The position numbers and the translations under genes were made by a program. The notes beneath the pieces are model-generated. The model saw nothing but the letters and a program-made list of their open reading frames with translations, did no database searches and was not told where the DNA came from. A DNA stretch of 64,000 nt from Ostreococcus lucimarinus (Eukaryota). Location: the NCBI GenBank assembly GCA_000092065.1, contig CP000583.1; one strand, 5' to 3'. The stretch's first letter is position 1. Every line of letters begins with the position of its first letter. Below are positions 11,401-20,284 of this stretch, in pieces.

Positions 11401-12205
11401 GCGCGACGGCGTAATACGCGCGATCCTTCCCGCGACGTGCAAGCTCATTCAACTTGGCGATGTACTCCAAGTTGCTTATCGCTCCCACGCGCCAAGCCGA
11501 CGTGAGATGTCGCGCGCTCGTCTCGACGGTTTGCCTTTGCTTCAGGCTCGCCGCCATCACTTCGATTTCTCGACAAGGTCCGACCTCACCATCGCGTGCG
11601 TGCGGCGAATTATGCATTCCGGACAATTGTACGAACGGCACGCCCACCGCATCGCCGCTCAGCGTGGACAAGCACACGCAGTCGACGCTCAAATTCCCGT
11701 GCGCCAAGTTCTTTTCGTGCGCGTGCGCCAACGCTCGACACAGCTGAAACGCCGCCAAAGACGCCTTCGCCGCGTCGTTCGCGAACGGATTCCCCCCCGA
11801 CCTCAAACACGCTCCGAGTGTGTACTCATAAAAAGGCTCCACCGAGCACACGACGCCATCACCGACGATCACCGCGCACGCCGGCGCGACGTTTGGATGC
11901 GACGATCGAAACGCGCTCGCGCTCGCCCCTCGCCGCGCGCTCATCGCCGCGAAAGCCCTCTCCAGCGCCGACCGCACCGCGTCACAAAACGCATTCACAT
12001 CGCCGCTCGCGTTCGCGATTTCGACGCCGAGCGCGCGCGCGATCTCGCACCGTCGTCGCGTCTCCGCCGTCGTCGCGACGCGCGCCGCGATTCTCAACCG
12101 CGCGCCTCGCGCGTCCTCCAGCACCCCCTCGCCCGCGTCGTCGTCCGCGAATCGCGCGACGACGCCCTCGGGCGCGCATCGCGAGATGACTTCCGACGCG
12201 CGCAT
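8489..12205 (-). CDS. BEACH domain and WD40 repeat protein
   Basis: BEACH motif (WRVGAISNLEYIAKLNELARRGKDRAYYAVAPWVIDF). C-terminal WD40-like repeats. ATG at 12205. Confidence 0.8.
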   Translation of the reverse strand: MRASEVISRCAPEGVVARFADDDAGEGVLEDARGARLRIAARVATTAETRRRCEIARALGVEIANASGDVNAFCDAVRSALERAFAAMSARRGASASAFRSSHPNVAPACAVIVGDGVVCSVEPFYEYTLGACLRSGGNPFANDAAKASLAAFQLCRALAHAHEKNLAHGNLSVDCVCLSTLSGDAVGVPFVQLSGMHNSPHARDGEVGPCREIEVMAASLKQRQTVETSARHLTSAWRVGAISNLEYIAKLNELARRGKDRAYYAVAPWVIDFKEFPFDASTDSLRGARDLSKTKWRLTKGDEQLDFTYRNTTPPHHVSDDCLSELGACIALARRTPRSTLARVVRANFVADEYPKDIARLFEMSPDEAPIDFYLNPNVFTSIHEDMRDLSLPSWSQVGEGSADYFIKIHREALESKAVSDNLHTWIDLTFGYATYGRAAFIAKNVMVRDDEKSKLKSSGRFCIFHAPHPKRSAGEIPRAVPAVNTEDDLCDAVETIIKITEPSLRNVQEKDLRALGRVLGAIYAGAPCPAHSDDTPSSVSGLFNKSPMKSISDGLFDDIDRTQVLFKSLKYWLNRMPVEARDVVKLLMDSPKPIAASAVRDSVLFSTDIRSAAMVLGNLRTAHESRAARIMIADDALKGVSPTVAHLVLGDICPEVESYVGGKPLAAKDEMEVAMCLSSLVVTACGVASRRDVIDMIVPLVLRAVSAPSACLNAEGPTLKRELFDMAVLRALRKATGAATFNRIFIPVLIACLQPKFCSAEEVARVTCGLTFIAKSSPLPVALRRIVDVLRKALKSNRDDTSSGAHVLVADILASLAKSLGPQSEAFIFKASTASAPSVLDHLDEWHQRSSNDRNNAGAWGWLPRDVSDHEEDDETETITMSSVLANAGAVDDDPWRLHVAALTSWRVHSRIARPSAQTLSVSADERLFLTNGVTSRGDNVVRVWRTSGPEGENSSGAMSAYTGHEATVRASMFLDFVNDHEGDVSRACSCDDKGYMHVWNTNSDHIWQFYSRDAGGFESMCVYDGARGSPYVAGGTTNGGVLIADAGAGKIFRQFKCPNDDAASATEVEALHASTDGLVYASNRFGYMCGFDLRTSGVVFDVKAHDGGVNKIVSPSSKSYEILTASDDMTVALWDVRMIDTRGDAKKRFDGRVRTFRGHQHEVRDIAVSTKGDVFSVSGATIGVFALTSSGNEKVARFSPLSVYGEQTPFCAIQLLSSSRLFATLRCDGVLSVCR

Positions 12206-12637
12206 CGCCCGCGTCGTCGTCCTCGTCGTCGTCGCGCGCGCGTCCGCGTCACCGCCGCGCCAGCGACATCAGCGCCTCCCACAGCGCGTACGCGCACAGC
12301 GCGCCGATCAAACACAGCGGCACCGCCTGCGCGCTCGCGCACGCGCGCTTCCGTCGGACGTCGTCCACGAGCGCGGTCTCGTCGTCGACGAACGTCGCCC
12401 GCGGCATTGTGACGCCGCGCGCGGCAGTTTCCGACGCGGAATCGCCTCGACGCGACGCCGTGCGCGCGCCGAACGCGTCGCGCGCGACGCGAACGAACGG
12501 AACGCGCGCGCGCGCGTCGCGCGCGAGCGCGCGAGCGCGCGACGACGCGGCGAGGACGCGGCGACGTGGGAAGAAGTCGAGTTCGTTAGTAGGGGATCGA
12601 ATCGGACGCGGGAAGAAGTCGACGCGAGGACGACGCC

Positions 12638-13783
12638 ATGCGGCGACGGGAAGGCGCGGGACGACGGCAGAGTGAACTCGCGGAAGAGATCCGACGGCGG
12701 TCGAGCGATCTGCTGAAGAGCGCGAAGAAACGACCGAAGGCGGTGATGCGGCGCGCGGTGACGGGGAACGCGGATACGCGAGTGCGCGACTACGTCAAGA
12801 TTCCGCGCGTGATACGACAGATCGATAAGGTGTCGTTTTGCGCGGGTGTGTATGGGTTGATGATGACGGAATACATCGCGACGCGCGCGCCGGAGAAGTT
12901 TTGGTTGTTTTACGCGGTGGCGATGCCGGGGGTGTTTTTGGCGAGAGCGGTGTATTATCGAATGATTCGTTGGCAATACTTTTTGTACGATTTCTGTTAC
13001 TTTGCCAACGCCTCGGCGATGATGTTTCTGTGGCGATGGAAGAAGAGCGCGACGGTGTTTCGGTGCATCTTCGCGTTCGCGAACGGGCCGGTGTTGTTGG
13101 CGATTCCGTTATGGAGAAACTCGTTGGTGTTTCACAGCGTGGACAAGGTGTCGAGCATTTTCGTGCACGCGATGCCGTGCTTGATGACTTGGTGCGGTCG
13201 GTGGTACGGGTTTGGGAACGATGTGAATAGGCTGAGTGTGCGAGAGTTGGGCGCGGACGTGAGCGTTCTCACGGGATGTTTGGATCTCATGGTGTACCCG
13301 ATGTTCGCGTACTTGTTTTGGCAGGCGCTGTATTTGGCAAAGACGGAACTCATCGACAGAGTGAAGTTAGTGAGCGATCCGGCGCTCATGACTTCGCTGC
13401 GTTGGCTTGCGAGCGATCGAAACTCATCGGCGAATAAATACGCGTTGAAGATGATGCGCGGCATCGGATTGTTCGGCGCGGACGAGTTCTTCGACGCTGA
13501 ATCCATCAAGACGAAATTCGTCTTCGTCATGCTCCAGCTCGGGTACACCATCGTCACCTTCATCCCCATCCCGCTCTGTTACTCGAATTACTACGCCCAT
13601 ACCGCTCTCATGTGGGCCGCGTTCGGGTCATCGGTGTACAACGGCGCGGTGTATTACATCGACGTCTTTTCGCGCCGCTACGTCGAACGTCTCGCCATGG
13701 CGGAAGAATTAGAACGAGACTCACAAAGTCCCGGACTCTCCGAGTCCGAAATCGATCGATTGATGATGACCCCGATAGATTGA
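12638..13783 (+). CDS. Multi-pass membrane protein, DUF2838/GPC1 (glycerophosphocholine acyltransferase)-like
   Basis: Several aromatic-rich TM helices (YYRMIRWQYFLYDFCYFANASAMMFLW...). Family assignment is from memory and of moderate reliability. Confidence 0.4.
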   Translation: MRRREGAGRRQSELAEEIRRRSSDLLKSAKKRPKAVMRRAVTGNADTRVRDYVKIPRVIRQIDKVSFCAGVYGLMMTEYIATRAPEKFWLFYAVAMPGVFLARAVYYRMIRWQYFLYDFCYFANASAMMFLWRWKKSATVFRCIFAFANGPVLLAIPLWRNSLVFHSVDKVSSIFVHAMPCLMTWCGRWYGFGNDVNRLSVRELGADVSVLTGCLDLMVYPMFAYLFWQALYLAKTELIDRVKLVSDPALMTSLRWLASDRNSSANKYALKMMRGIGLFGADEFFDAESIKTKFVFVMLQLGYTIVTFIPIPLCYSNYYAHTALMWAAFGSSVYNGAVYYIDVFSRRYVERLAMAEELERDSQSPGLSESEIDRLMMTPID

Positions 13784-14051
13784 TGCACGCGATCGATGAG
13801 ATGGTTTGTCGTAAAATTTGTCGTGAAAACGCGCGCGAAATCGTCGCGACGCCGCGCGCCCGACCCGACGCCGAGAAGCGCGTTCCCGCGCCCTCAGCCC
13901 TCGTCGAAGACTTCGCCCGCCTCGTCCGCCGTCGCGTCGCCCGCCGGCTCGCGCTCGCCCTCTCGCTCCCACCGTCCGGTTTATCGACTAGTACATCGCG
14001 TCTACGCATAACAACAATCGATTCGGTCGCGTCTACGCTCTCGCGCGCGCC

Positions 14052-14321
14052 CTAGCTCGGCGCGTTCCCTTGCGCCCCCAACATCTGCCCCACGATCGCC
14101 ACGCTCTCCCAGTACTTCGCCGCGCACCGATCCACGCACGAGTTCTCCCCCACGTTCAGTTCGCCGTCCTTGAACTTCTTATCGATGCACTTCTCGTAGC
14201 ACGCGCCCACGAGCTTGTTGAACAGCTCCACGCGGTACTCCATCTCTTGTCCAGCCATGGCGAACGCCGCGTCGCGCTGTTCGGGCGTCATCGTCGGCGC
14301 GCCCTGTCCCGTCTGCGACAT
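14052..14321 (-). CDS. Small Tim (Tim8/Tim13 family) mitochondrial intermembrane-space chaperone
   Basis: Twin CX3C motif (GACYEKCIDK...SCVDRCAAKYWE). ATG at 14321 (MSQTGQG...). The upstream ORF-track extension is in a CpG tract. Confidence 0.8.
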   Translation of the reverse strand: MSQTGQGAPTMTPEQRDAAFAMAGQEMEYRVELFNKLVGACYEKCIDKKFKDGELNVGENSCVDRCAAKYWESVAIVGQMLGAQGNAPS

Positions 14322-14471
14322 CGCGGTTTCTCTCGCCGCTCTCGCGTCGCGTCGTTCGCGTCGCTCGCTCGATCCGGCGTCGTCCGTCGTCCGTCGCGGC
14401 GTCGTCTGGCGGTCGCGCCGCCGCCGCGGCGTCGCGGTGGTTCGTCGCGCGCGCGTCGACCCTCGCGTCAC

Positions 14472-14509
14472 GGTTCGATTTTCGCGATCGAACCTCGACG
14501 CGTCGATCG
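14472..14509. promoter_or_regulatory. Conserved hairpin + palindrome element, copy 1 (Tim13/MFS divergent promoter)
   Basis: GGTTCGATtttcgcgATCGAACC is an 8-bp stem with a 7-nt loop. It is followed by CTCGACGCGTCGATCG, which contains the perfect palindrome TCGACGCGTCGA. A near-identical copy lies at 20088. Confidence 0.5.
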
Positions 14510-14725
14510 CCGCGCGTCGAGCGCGTCGATCGCGCGCGCGACAAAGAGACGCGCTGACTGTTTGCCCACACGCGAGTTCGACGCGCGCGCGAGGGGACCG
14601 ACGCGGCGGCCCGCACTCGACGTCGCGCGCGCGTCGCGGCGACGAGCGCGCGGCGGGAGGCGCGGGAGACGCGTCCGCGAGACGCGCGTCGACGCGGCGA
14701 TTCGATCGACGCGCGCGCGGGCGCG

Positions 14726-16462
14726 ATGGCGAGCGCGCGCGCGGGACTCGGCGGTCGGTCGTTAGGCGGCGACGGCGACGCGCGACGCGCGACGCGCGCG
14801 CGCGCGCGGATGCGCGGCGCGAGGCGCGACGGGAGACGCAGCGCGCGCGTCGAGCGCGCGCGCGCGACGGGAGGGACGCGCGCGCGCGACGGCGCGATGG
14901 GGCGCGCGAGAGGGGGACGCGGGGAGGAGGCGCGAGAACGCGGCGACGTCGCGGCGCGCGCGAGAGCCGAACGACGCGATCGACGGGACGCGGTCGCGGC
15001 GAGCGGGAGCTCGAAGACGACGCGCGAGGATCGGGACGAGGGCGAGGAGGATCCGGACGAGGCGTGGGCGTTTGAGTTTCCGAAGTCGGCGAGCGACGTC
15101 ACGACGCTCTGGCGAGGCGCGCCGAGTCGGTATCGCGTGCTCTTCGTCACGGTGTTCGCGTTCATCGTGTGTAACATGGATAAGGTGAATATTTCGGTGG
15201 CGATCATTCCCATGGCGCGGGAGTTCGGGTGGACGAGCACGCAGGCGGGGTTCGTGCAGAGCGCGTTTTTTTACGGTTTCGCGGCGTCGCAGTTACCGGG
15301 CGGGTACTTGTCGACGAAATTCGGTGGTGCCAAGGTGTTGCCGATCGGGATGTTGATTTTGTCGTTGGCGACGATCGCGATTCCGATCGTCGGCGTGAAC
15401 GAGCAGAGCATTTTCCTGTCGCGCGTGCTCGTGGGTTTGGGCGAAGGCGTGGCGCCGAGCGCGGCGACGGATATCATCGCGAGAAGCGTCAGCGTGGGCG
15501 AGCGTTCGCGCGCCGTCGGGTTCGTGTTCAGTGGGTTCAACATAGGTTCGGTGCTTGGTTTGGGGGTGGCGCCACTATTGATAGAGGCGACGAATTGGAG
15601 GACGGTGTTCGCATTCTTCGGCTCGTGCGGTTTAGTTTGGAGTTTTTGGGCTTGGAAGCTGTACGGCGACGGCGGGATGGTTGACGAAAGTTACAAGGAC
15701 GACGGCGTCACGGGTTTGACGGGTAAGCGCATATTCACCGTCGACGCAAAGGCGATAGCGAGCGGGAAGAGCCCGGCGGAAGACCCTCCGGTGCCGTGGG
15801 GGGAGTTTATATCGAATCCGTCGGTGCGCGCGCTCATGTACGTGCACTTTTGCAACAACTGGGGCTTCTACGTCCTACTCGCTTGGCTTCCGACGTACTT
15901 TACCGACGAGCTCGGGGTGACACTGACGAACGCATCGCTGTTGACTCTGCTTCCGCCGCTCGCGAACGTCGCGATGGCGTCCGTCGCCGGTCCGACTGCG
16001 GACCGCCTCATCGGCAGCGGCATGGAGATCACGAAGGTGCGTAAAACGATGCAAGCAGTCGCCTTCATGGGACCGGCGCTCGCCATGGGCTCGGCCGCAT
16101 TGGTAGATCAGCCGGTGGCGACCGTGGGTCTGCTCACGCTCGGCCTTTCGCTAGGCGCGTTTTCGTACGCGGGTTTGTACTCAAACCATCAAGATTTGTC
16201 GCCCAAGTACGCGAGTATCCTGTTGGGCATGACAAACACGTGCGGCGCGCTTCCGGGCGTCATCGGCGTTCCGTTGACTGGGTACTTGATCAAAGAAACG
16301 GAAAATTGGGAGCTTAGCATGTTCGTTCCGGCGATGTTCTTCTACTTTACGGGAACGCTCGTATTCAGCAAGTACGGCAGCGGCGATCGACAAGCGTTCA
16401 CGGGACAACCTATGCCCGAACCAGGCGAGATTCCGCCATCGTGCGATGGCGGCGGACATTAA
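14726..16462 (+). CDS. MFS anion transporter, SLC17/PHT4-like
   Basis: MFS signature regions (MDKVNISVAIIPMAREFGWTSTQAGFVQSAFFYGFAASQLPGGYLSTKFGGAKVL). 12 predicted TM segments. Arg-rich N-terminus may be a transit peptide or spurious. Confidence 0.7.
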   Translation: MASARAGLGGRSLGGDGDARRATRARARMRGARRDGRRSARVERARATGGTRARDGAMGRARGGRGEEARERGDVAARARAERRDRRDAVAASGSSKTTREDRDEGEEDPDEAWAFEFPKSASDVTTLWRGAPSRYRVLFVTVFAFIVCNMDKVNISVAIIPMAREFGWTSTQAGFVQSAFFYGFAASQLPGGYLSTKFGGAKVLPIGMLILSLATIAIPIVGVNEQSIFLSRVLVGLGEGVAPSAATDIIARSVSVGERSRAVGFVFSGFNIGSVLGLGVAPLLIEATNWRTVFAFFGSCGLVWSFWAWKLYGDGGMVDESYKDDGVTGLTGKRIFTVDAKAIASGKSPAEDPPVPWGEFISNPSVRALMYVHFCNNWGFYVLLAWLPTYFTDELGVTLTNASLLTLLPPLANVAMASVAGPTADRLIGSGMEITKVRKTMQAVAFMGPALAMGSAALVDQPVATVGLLTLGLSLGAFSYAGLYSNHQDLSPKYASILLGMTNTCGALPGVIGVPLTGYLIKETENWELSMFVPAMFFYFTGTLVFSKYGSGDRQAFTGQPMPEPGEIPPSCDGGGH

Positions 16463-16526
16463 ACGTATGTACATATAGAAACACGCACGTATTATCACAA
16501 CAGCACAATCGACGATCGTCCAAAAA

Positions 16527-17039
16527 TCACGCCCAAAAATCATCGTCCTCCCCGGGGCCTAATCCGGCCTCGGCTCGCTCCACGAGCGCTCGATCGATGC
16601 CGAGCAAGATCTTACACCCTCGAGGCACCCCATAGCTACTGACTTTGTTGTCGTCGTCGTCCAAACGCTTACCGCAATAAAACAAAACTAGTGACTCCGG
16701 GCCGTCGAGCTTTTGCCGCGCCCCCGTGGTCATGTCCGCTCCAGAGCCCAACCCGCCCGCGCATAACGCGCGCGCCAATTCGCCAACCGTACCGCCATCG
16801 ACGTCAAACTCGCACCGGTAACGACATCCATCGAAAAACACGGCGACGTGTCTGTCGTCCGTTCGCGCGGCGACCGTCGGTACGCTCGGCAAGAGCGCGA
16901 ACCGCGGCGAATGCGCACTGGGTAGCTCCTCGAACACCGTCGCTTCGTCCTGCGGTAAGATCTCGCGTCCACCGCTCGCGTCGCACTGCCACGCGCCCTT
17001 TCCCAGCCCCACGTCCTTCCAATACTCCATGTCGTCCAT
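16527..17039 (-). CDS. Small protein with C-terminal ubiquitin-like domain
   Basis: UBL-like segment LVLFYCGKRLDDDDNKVSSYGVPRGCKILL. ATG at 17039. Confidence 0.4.
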   Translation of the reverse strand: MDDMEYWKDVGLGKGAWQCDASGGREILPQDEATVFEELPSAHSPRFALLPSVPTVAARTDDRHVAVFFDGCRYRCEFDVDGGTVGELARALCAGGLGSGADMTTGARQKLDGPESLVLFYCGKRLDDDDNKVSSYGVPRGCKILLGIDRALVERAEAGLGPGEDDDFWA

Positions 17040-17209
17040 CGCGGCGCGCGCGCGTCTCGCGACGACGAATCGCGACTTTTCAAGAGCCGTTTTCGGAGCG
17101 TTACGACGCGACGACGCGACGACATAACAACGCGCGCGCGGGCAGACAAACGCCCGCGAGCGCGCGCGATCGTCGACGCGGCCGCCGTGTCGTCGAACCG
17201 CGTCGAGCG

Positions 17210-18292
17210 ATGGCGATTCAGACGCCGCGCGCGACGTCGGCGTCGCGCGCGCGAACGACGTTCGCGATCGGGCGAATCTTAAACGTGCACGCGCTGTACG
17301 AGTGGTTCGTCGCGCTGTTCCTGCGCTTCGTCACTCCTGGATGCCCGCGAGGGTTACCGAAGCTCGATCACGTGCGCGCGGTGTCGCGGCGGGTGACCCG
17401 CGTGCTCGGGCTGAATCCGAGCGCGTTGACACTGCAGGGGACGAATACGTACCTCGTGGGCACGGGACGCGAACGCGTGTTGATCGATTGCGGCGAAGGA
17501 CGGCGTGGGTACGCGAAAAATGTGATCGAGGCGATGCGTGCGAGCGGGTGTGAGCGCTTGAAGTGCGTGTTGCTGACGCATTGGCATCCGGATCACGTCG
17601 GCGGGTTGCGCGGGCTTCGCAAAGCGTTGGGCGAAAACGTGCCGGCGTATAAACGAATTCGTACGAGTAAGGGGGAGTACGACGCGCGCGAGGGGATGGT
17701 GAGCCCGTATAATGTTCGGGCGTATGTAGATATACAAGATGGAGACGTCATCGCGGTGCCCGGAGCGACGCTTCGAGCAATATACACCCCGGGGCACACG
17801 ACGGATCACATGTGCTTCGCGTTTGAGGAGGAGGGGGCAGTTTTCGCAGGTGATTGCGTTTTAAACGGGTCCACGAGCGATTTCGAGGACTTAACGATGT
17901 ATTCATCATCACTCACGACGATCAAGGACGAGTTGGAGTCTTTCAAGCGACGCGGAGTGCAGGAGAATGGATCGAACAGACTGTACCCGTCGCACGGCGA
18001 CGTCATCGAGGACGGCGCAAAGAAAATCGACGCCTACATCAATCACCGCGTTAGTCGAGAGACAATCTTACTGAACACCCTTCGCGAGCATCGTGAGTAT
18101 GGGATGACGGCGTGGGAGCTCACGCGCGCGGTGTACGCATCCCTCGTCTCCTTCGTCGTTCTCTACACGTCGTGTGTGAAAATCACACGACAACACATCG
18201 AAAAGATGATCAACGACGGCGTCGTGCGCGAGCGACGAGAAAAGGGAACGCTATGGGGCGAAGTCGTGCGTTATCACGCCGTAGATTCCTAG
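17210..18292 (+). CDS. Metallo-beta-lactamase fold hydrolase, LACTB2-like
   Basis: THWHPDHVGG motif and LQGTNTYLVGTGRERVLIDCG. ATG 17210 (MAIQTPRAT...). The upstream ORF-track extension is Arg-rich CpG sequence. Confidence 0.75.
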   Translation: MAIQTPRATSASRARTTFAIGRILNVHALYEWFVALFLRFVTPGCPRGLPKLDHVRAVSRRVTRVLGLNPSALTLQGTNTYLVGTGRERVLIDCGEGRRGYAKNVIEAMRASGCERLKCVLLTHWHPDHVGGLRGLRKALGENVPAYKRIRTSKGEYDAREGMVSPYNVRAYVDIQDGDVIAVPGATLRAIYTPGHTTDHMCFAFEEEGAVFAGDCVLNGSTSDFEDLTMYSSSLTTIKDELESFKRRGVQENGSNRLYPSHGDVIEDGAKKIDAYINHRVSRETILLNTLREHREYGMTAWELTRAVYASLVSFVVLYTSCVKITRQHIEKMINDGVVRERREKGTLWGEVVRYHAVDS

Positions 18293-18321
18293 TGTTGGGT
18301 TTCGTTTGTAACAACACCTAA

Positions 18322-18360
18322 CTACGCTACGCTACGCTACGCTACGCTACGCTACGCTAC
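18322..18360. repeat. (CTACG)n pentamer microsatellite in a convergent 3' intergenic region
   Basis: ctacg repeated about 8 times, immediately after a TGTAA motif. Confidence 0.9.
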
Positions 18361-19077
18361 AACGTCGCTCGAGTTCGCCGCTCGAGCCTCCTCCGCGACG
18401 GTCAAATCGTACATCTCAAACGCATCTAAAACCACCCCGCTCTCTTCATCCTTGAACACCGTACGATTTCCATTCACCGGCGCATCCCAGACGTTTCTCT
18501 CGAACAAAAGCTCCGGCAACACGTCTCGCCCTCGTCCGCGCAACGCTTCCTCGGCGTCGCATTTCGCCCACATCAACTGCACGCTCGGCCTGCTGTAAAA
18601 CGCCCCCGTCGTCGCCTTGCGCCACGCCTCCGGCACGTCCAACGCATCGCACGCATCCTTAAACGCTCTTCCGTGATCTACGCCCGCCACGCCTGCCACC
18701 GCGTGCGCGAGCTCGTGCCGCACGCACCCGACGACGTTCTCGAACGCCGGGTCCAGCATGACGTACTTGGATAAAAACACGTCTCCGCGTTCGCCTCCGT
18801 CGCGTTCATCGTCGTACAGGTAGGTGATGCCGACGTAACTCTTGCACTTGTGCCAGCCGACGCGAAAGCGCGCGGGATCGAGCTCGGCGCGCGCGATCTC
18901 CAGCGCGCAGAGCTCGTTGGTGAGCGGCCAACGAAGGCTCAAGTCGTAGGACGAGCGCGCCCACGCGCGTTCGATGTCCGCGAGCGAGCGCGCGGCGTCG
19001 GCGACGGTGGCGCGACGCGCGGCGTGTTTGCGCGGCGCGAGCGCGCGCGCGGGTCGAGGCGCGGTGGCGGCGCGCAT
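18352..19077 (-). CDS. SprT-like zinc metalloprotease domain protein
   Basis: HExxH motif (VRHELAHAV) in SprT-like context. ATG 19077. Confidence 0.45.
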   Translation of the reverse strand: MRAATAPRPARALAPRKHAARRATVADAARSLADIERAWARSSYDLSLRWPLTNELCALEIARAELDPARFRVGWHKCKSYVGITYLYDDERDGGERGDVFLSKYVMLDPAFENVVGCVRHELAHAVAGVAGVDHGRAFKDACDALDVPEAWRKATTGAFYSRPSVQLMWAKCDAEEALRGRGRDVLPELLFERNVWDAPVNGNRTVFKDEESGVVLDAFEMYDLTVAEEARAANSSDVVA

Positions 19078-19104
19078 GGCGGCGAGGCGCGCTGTGCGGG
19101 CGCC

Positions 19105-19147
19105 GACGAAGTACGACGAAGTACGACGAAGTACGACAAAGTACGAA
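19105..19147. repeat. (CGAAGTACGA)n 10-mer tandem repeat upstream of the SprT-like gene
   Basis: cgaagtacgacgaagtacgacgaagtacgacaaagtacgaag. Confidence 0.85.
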
Positions 19148-19310
19148 GCCGTTCACGAAAGTGCGCGTCGTGCAGATTACAATAACCTCTCTCCTCTAAG
19201 AAGACGCACGAACGATGCCGTTCGCTCATTGTAACGAGCGATATCGTTCGCGCGCGCGATGCGCGGTGTCGTCGACGACGCAAACGTCTCGCGAGCGAGA
19301 GACGCGTCGC

Positions 19311-19688
19311 CTAGTTGTCGACGATCGTCACCTCAACCTCCACGCCCGGTTCGATGGAGATTGACGTGATTTGCTTCACCACGTCCGCCGGCGAGTGCAA
19401 GTCGATCAAACGCTTGTGGATGCGCATTTGAAAGCGATCCCAAGTGTTCGTACCTTCCCCGCACGGCGACTTGCGCACGGTGAGCTTCAAAACCTTCGTC
19501 GGCATGCGCACCGGGCCCTTCACCTTCAACCGCTTATCCTTCGCCCCGCGAATGAGATCCGCGCACACCTTCTCGAGGTTCTTCACGTTACGAGACGTGA
19601 GCGTGATGCGAATGCGGTGCATCTGCTGCGTCGACTCTTCAGTCTTCGCGGCGGGCGCCTTGTACGGCGCGGCGGCGGCGGCGGACAT
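19311..19688 (-). CDS. RPS20: 40S ribosomal protein S20 (uS10, cytosolic)
   Basis: [10 protein letters not shown]...[75 protein letters not shown] 19688. The longer ORF-track N-terminus is spurious. Confidence 0.9.
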   Translation of the reverse strand: MSAAAAAPYKAPAAKTEESTQQMHRIRITLTSRNVKNLEKVCADLIRGAKDKRLKVKGPVRMPTKVLKLTVRKSPCGEGTNTWDRFQMRIHKRLIDLHSPADVVKQITSISIEPGVEVEVTIVDN

Positions 19689-20087
19689 CTTCCTGCGCGT
19701 CCAGAAATCGCGTCCTACGTCAGTCATTATTCTCCCACTCGATTCCCATCGCGCGCGCGCCCTTCGTCCCATCGCGCGCGTCGTCGTCGTCCCATCCATC
19801 CATCCGCCCCGCGTTCTAGGGCTTTCGCCCCGATCGCGTCTCGCGCCGCCCCCCCTCGCGCGCGCGTCTCCCGCGTCTCCGCGCGCGTCGTCCTCGTCGT
19901 CGCGTTCGCACCTCTCGCGTTCTCGCGCGTTGGGTCCGAGTCGACGATCCGCTTCGGTGGATCTCGTCACTGAGACTGACGCGCGCGCCGTCGCGCGCGC
20001 GCGCGTCGCGCGCGCGTTGCGAATCACACCGCGCGCGGCGCCGATATCGCGTCGATCGCGCGTCCGTCGCGTCGATCGACGGTCGAG

Positions 20088-20125
20088 GGTTCGATTTTCG
20101 CTATCGAACCTTGACGCGTCGATCG
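20088..20125. promoter_or_regulatory. Conserved hairpin + palindrome element, copy 2 (RPS20/PDH-E2 divergent promoter)
   Basis: GGGTTCGATtttcgctATCGAACCttGACGCGTCGATCG matches the 14472 copy at 35 of 38 positions. Confidence 0.5.
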
Positions 20126-20284
20126 ACGCGTCGATCGCGCGATCGATCGCGCGTCGATCGCGTCGCCGTCGTTATCCAAAACGCCGATCTCGACGACGCG
20201 CGACGCGCGCGACGCGGCACACACCGACGCCGCGCGCCGCGCGACGACGTCGAACGAACGCAGGGCGGAGGAATCACGCGCACG

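Noticed and set aside
12186-12716. ORFs in the BEACH/GPC1-like divergent promoter (12186..12716 plus strand, 12308..12976 minus strand)
   Set aside because: They are low-complexity Arg-rich translations of a CpG tract and overlap two promoters.
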